A stretch of DNA of 26,492 nucleotides from Trichoplax adhaerens (lineage: Eukaryota; Animalia; Placozoa), in assembly GCF_000150275.1 (NCBI RefSeq), contig NW_002060963.1, positions 493,892-520,383 on the forward strand. Direction: 5' to 3'. Both the position numbers and the translations under genes were made by a program. The notes below the pieces were generated by a model, which saw only the letters and a list, made by a program, of their open reading frames with translations, was not told the origin of the DNA and did not search any database. Numbering within the stretch: the first letter of the stretch is position 1; each line of letters begins with the position of its first letter. Shown piece by piece: positions 25,459-26,492 of this stretch.

Positions 25459-25508
25459 NNNNNNNNNNNNNNNNNNNNNNNNNNNNNNNNNNNNNNNNNN
25501 NNNNNNNN
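25459..25508. other. Assembly gap (50 N)
   Basis: Run of 50 N; the true length is unknown. Confidence 0.99.
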
Positions 25509-26492
25509 GCCAACGCACTTGGCAGCTGATTTTCAGCGTTATTGCAAACTGTAAGAGTTTTAAACAGTGTTGCTTGCTGTCTCTTGCCTCTTCCTTCTTT
25601 CTTTTTTGGCTAGCCAGATCGATTTTGCTGGTCGCACGATGTTGGATTGCATGCTATACCACTCTACTGTACCATATTGTACCAGTGACGAGTGGTTTCT
25701 GACCCCAGGCATTTGGAATTGCAGGATCATGACTGGCACGATGTTGGATTGCATGCAACAATACTCTACTGTACCATACTGTACCAGTGACGAGCGGTTT
25801 CTGACGCAAAGCATTTGGAATTGCAGGATCATGACTGGCAACCACCAATCTCCACCGTCCACAGTCTACAGTCACAGTCCTGGCAGGTGCTTACAGTACA
25901 AAGTACACTACTCCCGATGCAGTGCGCCTCATTGCAGTCCACTGCGGGAAAATAGTTTCTTCCTCTTACAAACATGACTACGATACACTATTGTATCGAA
26001 CACTAGCCTGTTTAAAATGCTCGCTGGGCAGAAAACCGCTCTCGTGCAGTCAGTGAAGCGTGCGCATTGACGACGTCGATGGACTGTATCAAACACTGCC
26101 TGCAGTCTATAGTATACAACAGGGTAGTTGGTGCATCCATCAGCGACACTCTTCTTGCCCCAGTCTTGACAGCAAGTCTTGAAAGATCTTTGCAGCCATT
26201 TTCTTTCTCGCTCATTTCAACATTGATTGCTGATATTGCTCGTCATGGCGTCTAAACGAGGAGCAGCGACCGAAATGGATGATGACCAGACTGAATTTGA
26301 AACCAGTAAAGGTGTTAAAGTCATTCGTAGTTTTGATCAAATGGGTCTAAAGGAAGATCTCGTTCGAGGCATTTATGCTTACGGTAAGCGAGCAACAGCA
26401 GCACCAATGCAAAATTGCAGTCAAGAATCTCCTCTTTCCCATATTCAATAGCGATCTACACCAACGAAGATCTTTCTGCTTTCTTCATGCCT
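25509..26492 (+). repeat. Apparently identical 984-bp copy of 15597-16580 (eIF4A3 upstream region, 102-bp repeat, exon 1, start of intron 1), running off the window end
   Basis: Constant offset of 9912 bp; all six ORF-track entries are identical in both copies; no differences seen by eye. Confidence 0.96.
26245..26383 (+). CDS. EIF4A3: eIF4A3 exon 1, second copy (partial; may be an assembly duplicate)
   Basis: [46 protein letters not shown] followed by the GTAAGC donor, identical to 16333-16471. Confidence 0.7.

Overview
AT-rich, intron-dense metazoan genomic DNA. The short GT-AG introns (mostly ~65-230 bp) and conserved animal genes are most consistent with a compact early-branching animal such as a placozoan (Trichoplax-like); this is inference only. 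I reconstructed four spliced genes by hand. (1) INO80 chromatin-remodelling ATPase (+, 804-9779): 28 small coding exons, then one ~1.8-kb intronless terminal exon whose conserved C-terminus lies in the -1 frame. (2) ATG14/Barkor (-, 14812-10678, 11 exons, ~483 aa). (3) eIF4A3/DDX48 EJC helicase (+, 16333-20372, 12 exons, 401 aa), head-to-head with ATG14 across a repeat- and palindrome-rich 1.5-kb spacer. Its first intron is built from tandem ~200-bp units that each re-create the 5' splice site. (4) A 5'-unresolved EGF/cbEGF single-pass membrane protein gene (-, 23892-21352). After a 50-N gap, the last 984 bp appear identical to 15597-16580 (eIF4A3 promoter and exon 1), either an assembly artefact or a very recent duplication. 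The most interesting candidates are the intron-like repeat array in eIF4A3 intron 1, the INO80 frameshifted C-terminus and the 3'-polarised intron absence in INO80. None of these is demonstrated as functional from sequence alone.
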